Part shown: positions 1 through 8,834 of the stretch, piece after piece
How the letters are laid out: each line of letters starts with the position of its first letter
Position numbering within the stretch: position 1 is the stretch's first letter
Virus record (IMG/VR): IMGVR_UViG_3300037483_000224
Span: 1 to 39,235 of that record
Reading direction: 5' to 3' (one strand)
From: a virus
Lineage: Duplodnaviria > Caudoviricetes
Length of the DNA: 39,235 nucleotides
The notes under the pieces: generated by a model
Database searches by the model: none
Told to the model about the DNA's origin: nothing
The model's input: the letters and a program-made list of their open reading frames with translations, nothing else
Position numbers and translations under genes: made by a program

Positions 1-1296
1 ATTCTCCGAGCTCGTTACCAAGAGTACAAGCGCGTTTTAAAAACGCTGATACTGTGCCCGGTGGTCGTATGTGAGAACTGGAAACGTGAGTTCGCCATGC
101 ACTCGCAGATCGGCCACCTGGTCGTTGTGCTAAAGGGATCGCAAAAGAAACGCCTGGAGCTTTTCCGCAAGATGAAAGATCAACGGCCTTTTCCGATCTT
201 TGTTACCAACTACGAGGCCATGCAGATGAAAGAGCTCGTACAGGAGTTTCTCAACCACAAGTTCGAGGTCGGCGTATTCGATGAAAGCCAGCGACTCAAG
301 AATCACACGGCGGTGCGAACCAAGATGGCGACGCTAATCGCGAAGGGTACAGCGCACAACTACATTCTCTCGGGCTCGCCTATCCTAAACACTCCGATGG
401 ATATTTTTGCGCAGTACAGAATCCTCGATCGCGGCGAGACTTTCGGCACGAGCTTTATGGAGTTTCGCGCTCGCTACTTCTTTGACCACAATGCAGGGAT
501 GCCCTCGCACAAATACTTTCCTGACTTCGAGCTCCGGGATTCTAAGATCGATGAGATCAACGAAAAGATTTATCAGAAGGCAATGCGCGTGATGAAATCG
601 GAGTGCTTGGATCTTCCTGACTTGGTTCGCCAACAGGTTTATGTGGATCTTTCGCTTGAGCAACAGCGTATATACGATGAAATGAAACACAATTTCCTAG
701 CGTTCCTTGACTCGGAAACGTGCACGGCGCAGCTTGCGATCGTGAAGGCGCTGCGGCTCCAGCAAATTGTTTCCGGGTACATCAAGCTCGATACAGGCGA
801 TGAGGTTCGGCTTCGCGACAATTACCGGCTCGATGCGCTCGAAGATATTTTGGAAGATATCCCACCTACGGAAAAGGTAATTATCTGGTCAACCTTTCGC
901 GAGAACTACACGCAGATCGCCAGGCTGCTCCAAAAGTTGAAATGGGACTATACCGAACTCCATGGAGAAGTGGCGAGCAAGGATCGCCAGCCGAATATCG
1001 ATCGCTTTCAGAATGATCCAAAGTGCCGGGCGATTATTTGCAACCAACAAGCGGGTGGGATCGGCGTGAATCTTACGGCGGCCGCGTACAGCATTTACTA
1101 CTCGCGGAACTTCAGCCTGGAGCAAGATCTCCAGAGTGAGGCCCGGAATCACCGAGGGGGTTCGGAGATTCATAAGAAGATCACACGAATTGACCTGGTG
1201 GCGCGTGACACGATCGATGAGATTATACTGGAGTCTTTACGCAACAAGTTCGATTTAGCTGAGAGAATTCTGGAGCTCCGTAACAAGCTGCGTTAA
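1..1296 (+). CDS. SNF2-family (SF2) helicase, 5'-truncated
   Basis: Frame is open from base 1 (…KTLILCPVVVCENW, motif Ia). Also shows VTNYE, FDESQ (motif II), LSGSP (III), GINL-like GVNLT (V) and QSEARNHRGG (VI). Confidence 0.92.
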   Translation: MLRARYQEYKRVLKTLILCPVVVCENWKREFAMHSQIGHLVVVLKGSQKKRLELFRKMKDQRPFPIFVTNYEAMQMKELVQEFLNHKFEVGVFDESQRLKNHTAVRTKMATLIAKGTAHNYILSGSPILNTPMDIFAQYRILDRGETFGTSFMEFRARYFFDHNAGMPSHKYFPDFELRDSKIDEINEKIYQKAMRVMKSECLDLPDLVRQQVYVDLSLEQQRIYDEMKHNFLAFLDSETCTAQLAIVKALRLQQIVSGYIKLDTGDEVRLRDNYRLDALEDILEDIPPTEKVIIWSTFRENYTQIARLLQKLKWDYTELHGEVASKDRQPNIDRFQNDPKCRAIICNQQAGGIGVNLTAAAYSIYYSRNFSLEQDLQSEARNHRGGSEIHKKITRIDLVARDTIDEIILESLRNKFDLAERILELRNKLR

Positions 1297-1305
1297 TATT
1301 TAGGT

Positions 1306-1692
1306 GTGAGTAAAACACCGCGACAAGGGGCCAGGAGTCCATACAGATCTTGGGTCTATGCAGCCGTTAAGGATCTGTTTTCTCTGATGCGTGGCGAAGC
1401 CAAGCGACGCAATAAACCGTGGCGTATTCCACTTGCTGCATTCGTTGATATCATTCAAAAGGATTGTTTTTACTGTGGGAAAAAGCCAAGTTGCCGCTAC
1501 TACAGTCGATCCGCGAAGCGAGTTTTCAAGTATCACGGAATGGATCGGGTGCAAAATAATTACGGGTATTTCATCGGGAATGTAGTTCCTTGCTGCACTG
1601 AATGCAACCGAATGAAAAGCGATTCCCTCACGGCCGAAGAAACGCTCGCGGCGGCCCTCGCCATAAAAAAAGTTCGCAAATCTAAAAAATAG
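1306..1692 (+). CDS. HNH-type endonuclease
   Basis: CFYCG…GMDRVQNNYGYFIGNVVPCCTECNRMK, the typical phage HNH/Zn pattern (DR…GY…N..PCC..CN..K). Confidence 0.8.
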   Translation: MSKTPRQGARSPYRSWVYAAVKDLFSLMRGEAKRRNKPWRIPLAAFVDIIQKDCFYCGKKPSCRYYSRSAKRVFKYHGMDRVQNNYGYFIGNVVPCCTECNRMKSDSLTAEETLAAALAIKKVRKSKK

Positions 1693-1694
1693 TG

Positions 1695-1724
1695 CTTGCA
1701 CTTCTGCAAGCCCCTCGCTAAAGT
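1695..1724 (+). promoter_or_regulatory. Putative sigma70 promoter with a palindromic operator over the -35 box
   Basis: TTGCAC (1696-1701), 17-nt spacer, TAAAGT (1719-1724). Perfect inverted repeat CTTGCA-cttc-TGCAAG at 1695-1710. RBS GAGG lies before ATG 1746. Confidence 0.5.
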
Positions 1725-1745
1725 CATTTTCAAGCGAGGTAGACA

Positions 1746-1931
1746 ATGAACATTGAGTTTGACGATTACGAAACGTGTGCTTACTGCAAAACCAACATGG
1801 CCGGGCTCGGTTGCACAGAAACCGGCGAAGATTACTGTTCACATACTTGCCGCAATAAGGCGATAGAAAAGTTCCGCTTAGAATGTGAACACGAACGCAT
1901 AGCAGAAATCACTAGCGGGAGCCAAGTATGA
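1746..1931 (+). CDS. Small Zn-finger-like protein
   Basis: CAYC…YCSHTC (TRASH/MYM-like spacing). Has an RBS, and its stop overlaps the next ATG (ATGA). Confidence 0.65.
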   Translation: MNIEFDDYETCAYCKTNMAGLGCTETGEDYCSHTCRNKAIEKFRLECEHERIAEITSGSQV

Positions 1932-2089
1932 AATACGTGCCTGAAATCATGATCGGCGCGAGGCGCGATCAGAAAACCAAGAAACAAATTTACGTGGTTC
2001 TGCACGATGGGCGAGCGATTGAATTTCACGCACACATCGAGCTTATGCGCTTTTTAGAAGAAGCGACCAAAGAAAAGCAGGTCCACTAA
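1928..2089 (+). CDS. Hypothetical protein, 53 aa (not in ORF track)
   Basis: MKYVPEIMIGARRDQKTKKQIYVVLHDGRAIEFHAHIELMRFLEEATKEKQVH. ATGA overlap upstream and TAATG overlap downstream, filling the gap exactly. Confidence 0.75.
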   Translation: MKYVPEIMIGARRDQKTKKQIYVVLHDGRAIEFHAHIELMRFLEEATKEKQVH

Positions 2090-2271
2090 TGGCTTGTTGC
2101 GATATTACCTGCCGAGCCTGTAAACATTTTTTCCAAGAGAACGGAGCACGTAAGTGCCCGGAGTGTGGCTCGAACGATTTACACAAGGTTTTCGACGAGT
2201 CTGAGAATGATATCCGGGAGCCAGAAGGTAACGATTCAAACGATGACTATGAGGGGGATTACGATGAGTGA
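2089..2271 (+). CDS. Small Zn-ribbon protein with acidic tail
   Basis: CRAC…CPECGS followed by a D/E-rich tail. Coupled to the upstream stop. Confidence 0.7.
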   Translation: MACCDITCRACKHFFQENGARKCPECGSNDLHKVFDESENDIREPEGNDSNDDYEGDYDE

Positions 2272-2701
2272 ACAAAATGCAACAGTGGCCGAAATGAACG
2301 CGATCGTTGACGAGATCGTGGAGATTAAAGAAGAGAAGGCGTCGATCGCCGAGCGCGAACGCTCTCTAAACGAGAGATTCCGCGAGCTCGAAGCTGCACT
2401 CCTGGCACACATGGACGCTAATGAACTCGATAGCTTCAAAGGCACTAGGGCCACGATCTCCAAGGTTGATTACTTTAGCGTGAAAGTGCCGAATACGCTT
2501 GAGAAAAAGCGGGAGCTATTCCAGTATCTCAAACAATTGAAAATCCACGATGAGCTCGTGACAGTGAATTCGCAGACGCTCAATTCCTTTTACAAGGAAC
2601 AGATGGAATCCGCGAAAGAGCGTGGAGAATTTGATTTCAAAATTCCAGGGGTCGAGGAGCCGACGCATCAGCCGAAGATCCGAGTTACCGGAAAAAAATA
2701 A
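2264..2701 (+). CDS. Coiled-coil phage protein of the replication module (Gam/gp157-like, uncertain)
   Basis: Start reassigned to ATG 2264 (RBS GAGGGGG). Long heptad helix followed by a small beta region. Lies just before the SSB-like gene. Confidence 0.6.
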   Translation: MSEQNATVAEMNAIVDEIVEIKEEKASIAERERSLNERFRELEAALLAHMDANELDSFKGTRATISKVDYFSVKVPNTLEKKRELFQYLKQLKIHDELVTVNSQTLNSFYKEQMESAKERGEFDFKIPGVEEPTHQPKIRVTGKK

Positions 2702-2736
2702 GCTCAATTTGAGCTTTTAATAGGAGAAAGACGAAA

Positions 2737-3552
2737 ATGGCTAAGAAAAAAGAAGAAACAAAAGAGGTCGCTGCAAAACAAGAAACTGCGCTCGCGGTGC
2801 CAAACGGCTCGTGGGGTTCTGAGAATCTAGCGCAAGATGATATCCTCATCTCGAAACTTTTACTCATGCAGGGCCAGAGTAAGCTCGTTCAGGATCGCGC
2901 TGCGAATATCGGCGAGGTCATTGACAGCGTAACCAAGGAAGTAGTTGGCGGAGCCGTGGGCAAGGATAAGAAACCTATCGAGCTCATCGGGTTCCATTCA
3001 ACGAAAACATGGGTAATCAGTGAACGCGAAGTACCGAAGAAAGCTGGCGAAGAGAAAAAATTCGAGTTTCGCCAGGAGATCCCTATGGGACCGGATAACC
3101 TCGGGTGGGAGCAGGAAGAAACGATCAACGGCGTAGAGATTCGTCGCGATCGTAACATTAACTTCTACTGTCTAAAGGTGGCAGACGTGAAAGAAGGAAA
3201 CGCGATTCCAGTAATCGTATCGTTCCGTCGCACAGGCTACATGGCAGGAAAGAAACTCACCACTATGGGCCAAAAGCTCAAGGCGTTCAATCAGCCGTTA
3301 GCCGCGCAAGTTTTCCAACTTGGCGTAGAGCAAGCGGAAAAGGATGGGAGCAAATACTGGAAGTTTGACATTGTTCCGGGCCGTAAAAGCGAAGCCGCTG
3401 AACTTGCCGAGGCTTTCAAGTGGTACACGATCGTGAAACAGAAGCCTGAATCCGTTCGCGTAGACGATTCCGATCTTCGTGAGGAAGCAACTGCGGCACC
3501 GGTAGCGGGCGCGAGTGTTTCTGATGCGGGTGAGGATAATATCAGTTATTAA
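2737..3552 (+). CDS. Putative single-stranded DNA-binding protein
   Basis: Strong RBS (AGGAG). Beta-rich core, Ala-rich linker and an acidic tail ending in an aromatic residue (DAGEDNISY). Sits in a PolA replication module. Confidence 0.55.
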   Translation: MAKKKEETKEVAAKQETALAVPNGSWGSENLAQDDILISKLLLMQGQSKLVQDRAANIGEVIDSVTKEVVGGAVGKDKKPIELIGFHSTKTWVISEREVPKKAGEEKKFEFRQEIPMGPDNLGWEQEETINGVEIRRDRNINFYCLKVADVKEGNAIPVIVSFRRTGYMAGKKLTTMGQKLKAFNQPLAAQVFQLGVEQAEKDGSKYWKFDIVPGRKSEAAELAEAFKWYTIVKQKPESVRVDDSDLREEATAAPVAGASVSDAGEDNISY

Positions 3553-3555
3553 AAG

Positions 3556-3650
3556 TTGCTAAGAGATCGGCCAGGTGCCGGTTAGGTGGCAAGTTGGTAA
3601 GGCGGGTTCACTGGACTTTGACTCCGGTGCGCCCGCCGAGCCTTTACTTT
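3556..3650 (+). other. Tandem stem-loops in the intergenic region
   Basis: First hairpin: TTGCTA/TGGCAA enclosing GATCGGC/GCCGGTT. Second hairpin: GGCGGG/CCCGCC enclosing CACTGGA/TCCGGTG. Several G-U pairs. Confidence 0.5.
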
Positions 3651-3660
3651 GGAGAATTTT

Positions 3661-3846
3661 ATGGGAATGACGATGCCGTTCGGCAAATACAAAGGCGAAG
3701 CTCTTGCAGATATTCCAGGTGACTACTTACAATGGGTATTGGAAAATTGCACCAACATGAAACGCGAGCTCGCGGTAGAGATCAGAAACGAACTTGCCGA
3801 GCGTGAAGATAATGAGCAAGCTCTCAATATGGAAAGGCCCAAATAG
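3661..3846 (+). CDS. DUF3820-like small protein
   Basis: MPFGKYKGEALADIPGDYLQWV signature. ATG 3661 has a GGAG RBS. Confidence 0.8.
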   Translation: MGMTMPFGKYKGEALADIPGDYLQWVLENCTNMKRELAVEIRNELAEREDNEQALNMERPK

Positions 3847-4587
3847 ATGAATGTTCTAGGACTCGATTTTGAAACCACGTTCACCGACCCCATTAACCCA
3901 CGCGAAGCGCGAATCATCGAAATAGGTGCAGTGCTTTGGGACACCACGAGGAAAACCCCCCTGGTGATCGTGAATCGAACCGTGTGGCACGAGTCCTACA
4001 ATTACGATAACCGAATCGAAGATCTCACCGGAATGAACCAGGCGGATCTCCAGCGGTTTGGTTGTGCTCCGAAATTCGCGCTTGAAAAGCTCCTCAAGCT
4101 CATCGAACTTGCCGACGCGATCGTCGCGCACAATGGAAACGGGTTTGACAAGCCGGTTCTCGAATCGGAGCTCGCTAGGCATGGACTTGAGATGCCATCA
4201 ACTCCGTGGATCGACACAACCAGTGATATTCAGTACCCGGAGAAGATCCACACTCGTAAGCTGGAATTTCTTGCACCATCGCATGGGTTCTTAAACCCGT
4301 TCTCGCATCGCGCACTTTTTGATGTGCTCTCGATGCTAAAGGTCATGAGTCAATACGATTTTGAAAACATTTTTGCGCGATCAAAGATGCCGGATATTAC
4401 GCTTAAAGCGGATATCGCTAAGCCTTTCGGCGCTACGGCGTCCGTGGGTAAGCGGCAGAATCAGGAAGCCAAGGATCGCGGCTATCGTTACGATGGAGAT
4501 ACGAAAAGTTGGACCAAGCGCATCAAAGAAGATGAGCTCGAAAAAGAGAGTAAGGAAGCGCCTTTCCCTATTATAGTTTTGAGGTAA
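3847..4587 (+). CDS. DnaQ-like DEDDh 3'-5' exonuclease
   Basis: LDFETT (ExoI), AHNGNGFD (ExoII), HRALFD (ExoIII). C-terminal AK.RGYRYD…W domain. Confidence 0.9.
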   Translation: MNVLGLDFETTFTDPINPREARIIEIGAVLWDTTRKTPLVIVNRTVWHESYNYDNRIEDLTGMNQADLQRFGCAPKFALEKLLKLIELADAIVAHNGNGFDKPVLESELARHGLEMPSTPWIDTTSDIQYPEKIHTRKLEFLAPSHGFLNPFSHRALFDVLSMLKVMSQYDFENIFARSKMPDITLKADIAKPFGATASVGKRQNQEAKDRGYRYDGDTKSWTKRIKEDELEKESKEAPFPIIVLR

Positions 4588-4589
4588 AT

Positions 4590-4790
4590 ATGCAGCCACC
4601 CGAATCGCGAAGCGCGGTCCTGTACGCACGGATCACGCCAACAAATAAGAAGTTCATTAAATCTGCGTCAAAGGATTTTCCTTCCGAATCCGAGTTCGTT
4701 GACGCTATGATCTCGCTTCACAAAGCGCGAGAGGAAAACCATGCTCGTAACGCAAGATGCGCTCGGCGGCGTACTCCGAAAGCTAAGTAA
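4590..4790 (+). CDS. Putative ribbon-helix-helix DNA-binding protein
   Basis: Alternating strand (AVLYARIT) followed by two helices with SESEFV at the start of helix 2. RBS GAGG. Overlaps the polA start. Confidence 0.45.
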   Translation: MQPPESRSAVLYARITPTNKKFIKSASKDFPSESEFVDAMISLHKAREENHARNARCARRRTPKAK

Positions 4791-6657
4791 CGCCGGAACC
4801 TACGCGCTCGATACCGAGACTACGGGCCTTCGCCCGTGGCAGGGCGACCGGCTTTTCTCGATCATCATCTCCGACGGGGAAACCGATTATTATTTCGATT
4901 TTCAGGAAACCCTACCGCGAACCGCGATTCTCCAGCTTGCGCCTGTATTAGCGAATCGCGAATCGCTGTGGTTCATGCACAATGCAAAGTTCGATCTTGC
5001 TATGCTTCGCGTGGAAGGGTTAGAAGTGGCCGGCACGGTGCACTGCACAATGTCGATCGGCCGCGTCGAGCGCAATGATCGCTTTCAGTATGGCCTTGAC
5101 GCACTGGCTAAACTGATCGGCGAGGAAAAAGATGACCGCGTGAAAGCGTACATCGCCGAGAATGACTTATACGAGGTGATCGTCGATGAGGAAGGGGGGA
5201 AGGTCAAGAAACCTCGCTACGACCGCGTACCGCTCGATCTTATGCGCGAGTACGGGGAGCAGGATGCTAGGGTGACGTGGAAAATCGGCCAGGCCCAGGT
5301 TTGCAAGATCGAGCAGCTCCGGGGTCAATCAAAGTACCCAGAAAAGACTCCCTACCAGGTAATGCTCCAGGAGCGGAAGCTGACCAAGGCTTTCTTCGAT
5401 ATGGAAACCGTGGGGATCAAGGTCGATCTACGCTACGTGCGCAATGCCCGCGAGTACGATCGCAAGCGAATGGCCGATACAAAGAAGAAATTTGCCGAGC
5501 TCACGGGAGTCGAGTTTACGGATTCCCGCAGCGTGCTCGCCCCGGCGTTCGACAAGCTAGGGCTCATTTACCCAAAGACTCCCAAAGGAAACCCGAGCTT
5601 TTCCAAGGAAGCCCTGGAGGGGCTCAAGCATCCAGTGGTGGATTGCTTACGCGAATACCGGGACGCGCAGAAGCGATTCGGTACTTACCTTGTGAATTAC
5701 ATCGATTTCGCCGATTTAGATGGGGCGATTCACTGCCAGAATAACCAGGGAGGTACGACCCACGGACGCATTTCCGTGAGTAACCCGAATCTTCAGAACG
5801 TGGGGAAGCGAGCCGATAAGTTAAGCCCGATGCCCATACGCCGATGCTTTGTTCCGCGTGAAGGTTTTTTCTTCGGAATGCTCGATTTCGATCAGATGGA
5901 ATACCGCCTGATGGTCGAGTACGCCATGGAGATGCAACTAATTGAAGCGATCCGGGCAGGGCTGGACGTGCACACTGCTACGGCTGAGATGATGGGAGTC
6001 GATCGCGAATCAGCTAAGACGATTAACTTCATGCTCCTCTATGGCGGCGGAATCGCGAAGCTCGCGGCCGCTCTCTTCGATACGACGCTACCCCATGAAA
6101 CTCTAAAGGCTTTGGGTCGTATATACATCTATCGCATGAACAATTACAGGGAGTATGAGTTCCACCGATCGCTAGTCAAGGAACTTTCCGAAGATCAGAT
6201 CCGCCACAACGTCGGCGAGCTCCAGAAGGCGCACGATCTTTTAGAAAAGTATTTTGCGAAACTTCCGAATGTTAAAAAATTCTCTGATGGCGTCCAGGAA
6301 GTTGCGAAGCGTCGAGGTTACGCCGTGAATTGGATGGGCCGGTACATATACTGCGCCAACAAACAGCACGCCTACGCCATTCCGAACCACCTGATTTCTG
6401 GTGGTTGCGCCGACATTGTTAAGAAAGCAATGCTCGAAGTCGATGCGTTTTTAGCGCCATACGAGTCGCGGATCTTGCTTCAGATTCACGATGAGCTTCT
6501 GATCGAGTTTCACGATTCTGAGGAGCACCTGGTCGATCCAGTTAAAAAAATCATGGAAAACGCGTATCCTTATAGGCATATACCAATGACCTGCGGCGCA
6601 GATTACTCGCGCAAGTCCTGGGCAGATAAGGAACCTTGGAATGGCAAAGCAGCCTGA
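4741..6657 (+). CDS. polA: DNA polymerase family A with 3'-5' exonuclease domain
   Basis: DTETTG, HNAKFD, YGEQD (exonuclease); TTHGRISVSNPNLQN; DFDQMEYR (motif A); KTINFMLLYG (B); QIHDEL (C). Confidence 0.96.
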   Translation: MLVTQDALGGVLRKLSNAGTYALDTETTGLRPWQGDRLFSIIISDGETDYYFDFQETLPRTAILQLAPVLANRESLWFMHNAKFDLAMLRVEGLEVAGTVHCTMSIGRVERNDRFQYGLDALAKLIGEEKDDRVKAYIAENDLYEVIVDEEGGKVKKPRYDRVPLDLMREYGEQDARVTWKIGQAQVCKIEQLRGQSKYPEKTPYQVMLQERKLTKAFFDMETVGIKVDLRYVRNAREYDRKRMADTKKKFAELTGVEFTDSRSVLAPAFDKLGLIYPKTPKGNPSFSKEALEGLKHPVVDCLREYRDAQKRFGTYLVNYIDFADLDGAIHCQNNQGGTTHGRISVSNPNLQNVGKRADKLSPMPIRRCFVPREGFFFGMLDFDQMEYRLMVEYAMEMQLIEAIRAGLDVHTATAEMMGVDRESAKTINFMLLYGGGIAKLAAALFDTTLPHETLKALGRIYIYRMNNYREYEFHRSLVKELSEDQIRHNVGELQKAHDLLEKYFAKLPNVKKFSDGVQEVAKRRGYAVNWMGRYIYCANKQHAYAIPNHLISGGCADIVKKAMLEVDAFLAPYESRILLQIHDELLIEFHDSEEHLVDPVKKIMENAYPYRHIPMTCGADYSRKSWADKEPWNGKAA

Positions 6658-6988
6658 AGCTAGATTCAAAAATAAAATCGTTCCGTTGATTCGGAAACTC
6701 CCGAACACTGACGGGTTTATCAAGGAAGCCGGTGCGATCATCGGCCTACTTGATTCTTATTGGTGTATCAACGGCCGTTTTGTCGGGCTCGAATTTAAAA
6801 AGGATCTCCAGGAAACTTTTAAAAACGATCGCCGCACAATTCACCAGAGGCGAACGATTGAAAAAATCATTGCGGCCGGTGGGTATGCTAAATTCGTCTA
6901 CCCTGAGAATTGGGAAGAAACTTATGCGGATCTTTCTGCGATCGCACTAGGCCCCGAGCGACCACCGCTAAGAATTAACTGGCGGTAA
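6641..6988 (+). CDS. VRR-NUC / PD-(D/E)xK nuclease (resolvase-like)
   Basis: PEARF…GLLD…CINGRFVGLEFKK…QRRTIEKIIAAGG pattern. Confidence 0.8.
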   Translation: MAKQPEARFKNKIVPLIRKLPNTDGFIKEAGAIIGLLDSYWCINGRFVGLEFKKDLQETFKNDRRTIHQRRTIEKIIAAGGYAKFVYPENWEETYADLSAIALGPERPPLRINWR

Positions 6989-8834
6989 GAAGATCCGAGA
7001 TATCTTTTTGATCGGCGTCAGGAACTAAGAAATCTAAGTTTGCCGAACGGGCTGCGCCGATTCGATCTTGTGAGAGCGAATCCTTTGTAACAGTCATGCG
7101 ATAATTAGGTTCTGTTCCCTCGTACTCGCTAGAACGCACGAGCTCGACTTCAAAATACCCGTTCACATCGCTAACAACAGAAACAGAGGGGTTAAACACC
7201 ACATTTTTATTCGCTTCTTTATACTCAGTGGAATTCGCTCGAACGAGATCAAAGCGCACTGTGGCTCCTGAAACTGGATTATCGGAAATATCTTTCAAGT
7301 ATCCGAACACAAGACATTTGAGAAGCGCCGAAGGAATTCCGCCGAAATCATACGACACTGTTGCTAATTCGATTTCAGGAGTCGCGGTATTTGAAGATGT
7401 AACAAGAAGCCAGCGGATTATTACGCTAGAATTTACACCGAGATCAAGATCTGCAAAAGCAGCGTCTAATTCTGCGGCGGCATTGGATTGAGCTTCAGAT
7501 CCATCCGAATTAACCCAAGCTGTTCCATTGTGGTACTTCAGCACGCCGTCAACTTTTAAAATTACTTTTACGGCGGTATTAACCGGCGTTTCTGTCGTTT
7601 GAAGGTAGGAAATTAGTTCTTGCACCTGAATAGCTTGAATAGGTTCAAGGTATCCCGTTGGGGAATACTTTTGTCCGGTCACGGTGACAGAAATGGTATC
7701 GACGCTCGAAAGAGTATTGGAATCTGTGAACACAACCGATACAGGCACGTTCACTGCGCCGGTTACGTTTAGAGATGGAAGATTCGCGACGACGTCCGCA
7801 GACGTGTTCGCTTGCGCGTAAGTTCCATTTGACGCGACCCACACGGAGCCGTTCCAGTAAAGCCCGGCGATGATATAGCGAGGAGCTCCGACTTCAGTTA
7901 CGGTTGAGCTCTCCACTTCCAAGATTGTACCTACTCCGGTGTAAGAGAACGCTGGAAGCGCAACTGTGGAGGCCGCATAACTTGTTTCTGGAAGAGAGTA
8001 ACCTGGGGTGTACCCTGACGTATGCTGAACCGTAGAAAATAAAACTACGTCGTCAAAAGAACCATCGGCAGCGCTGTATACGGTTCCCGCACCAATATAG
8101 AGGCGCGTCGCTGTCGTACTTCGCCCATAAGAAGAAACCGCCATCGATCCTTGTAGCACGCCGTCGACAAACAAACGTACTTGCCCTGCGATAGTATCCC
8201 AATTCAACTCAAATTCGTAAGTTACCCCGGCGGTGGGATTCCATGCGGCTCCGAAAGCCACGGCGCTATATTTTACAGTTCCGGCGGAAGTGTATGCAGT
8301 AAGTCGTAACGTCCCACCCGATGCTGAGTGGAGCACAAGCATTCTATCGGCGTTTCCGCTCGGTGGAGCGAACTCAGCGAGGTTTAAATTTGTAGCGGGC
8401 GTGCCGGAGTAGTTCGGGGTGTACTTAAATTTTAGAGCGCCTATCGCACCCACGGCCCCTATTTCTGCGTTCTCGTATCTGACAGCATTATTCAATGCGC
8501 CTAAGCATTCAAGTTTTCCAGCATTTAAAACAGGCGTGCCGATATCAAGCGCGGTCAAAGCGCCGCCCTGCGACCAATTCAAATTCTTGGAAGCGGTATA
8601 GGTAGCAGCGACGATGGAGTTTGTTGGCCTTAAATCTTTTTGGCGAACAAGGCCACCCGTAAATTCGGCCTTTGCGCTGTCGTAAGTAAAACCGGAATCG
8701 CTACTAAAAAGCTGCTCGAATAGCTGACTTGGGTTAGGAATCAAAGCAAGTTTCGCTTTGTTGGCCGCAATTTGCACATTGCTTAACTGATAACTTACTG
8801 CGGATTCAAAGCTAAAACTTGTTTGTACTGTCAT
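6975..8834 (-). CDS. Putative virion receptor-binding/structural protein with LamG-like domain
   Basis: LamG-type segment (RLFVDGVLQ…LYIGAG…GSFDDV), S/T/G-rich beta composition and a C-terminal Ig/prealbumin-like domain. Confidence 0.65.
   Translation of the reverse strand: MTVQTSFSFESAVSYQLSNVQIAANKAKLALIPNPSQLFEQLFSSDSGFTYDSAKAEFTGGLVRQKDLRPTNSIVAATYTASKNLNWSQGGALTALDIGTPVLNAGKLECLGALNNAVRYENAEIGAVGAIGALKFKYTPNYSGTPATNLNLAEFAPPSGNADRMLVLHSASGGTLRLTAYTSAGTVKYSAVAFGAAWNPTAGVTYEFELNWDTIAGQVRLFVDGVLQGSMAVSSYGRSTTATRLYIGAGTVYSAADGSFDDVVLFSTVQHTSGYTPGYSLPETSYAASTVALPAFSYTGVGTILEVESSTVTEVGAPRYIIAGLYWNGSVWVASNGTYAQANTSADVVANLPSLNVTGAVNVPVSVVFTDSNTLSSVDTISVTVTGQKYSPTGYLEPIQAIQVQELISYLQTTETPVNTAVKVILKVDGVLKYHNGTAWVNSDGSEAQSNAAAELDAAFADLDLGVNSSVIIRWLLVTSSNTATPEIELATVSYDFGGIPSALLKCLVFGYLKDISDNPVSGATVRFDLVRANSTEYKEANKNVVFNPSVSVVSDVNGYFEVELVRSSEYEGTEPNYRMTVTKDSLSQDRIGAARSANLDFLVPDADQKDISDLLTAS

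Noticed and set aside
1300-1842. 180-aa minus-strand ORF
   Set aside because: Overlaps the motif-bearing HNH gene and the next gene on the + strand, with no domain signal.
3556-3650. tRNA gene
   Set aside because: No cloverleaf, no TTCRA T-loop and no CCA end.
6076-6225. PolA insertion as an intein or intron
   Set aside because: Too short, in frame, and lacks C/S…HN splice residues or an obvious group I structure.
6659-6697. ARFKNKIVPLIRK in VRR-NUC as a fourth copy of the GRIVPIR tag
   Set aside because: Lacks the Gly and the spacing, and lies in the conserved first helix of the nuclease. Portal GDYVPVRQ and MuF YKGKVRV are likewise only partial matches.
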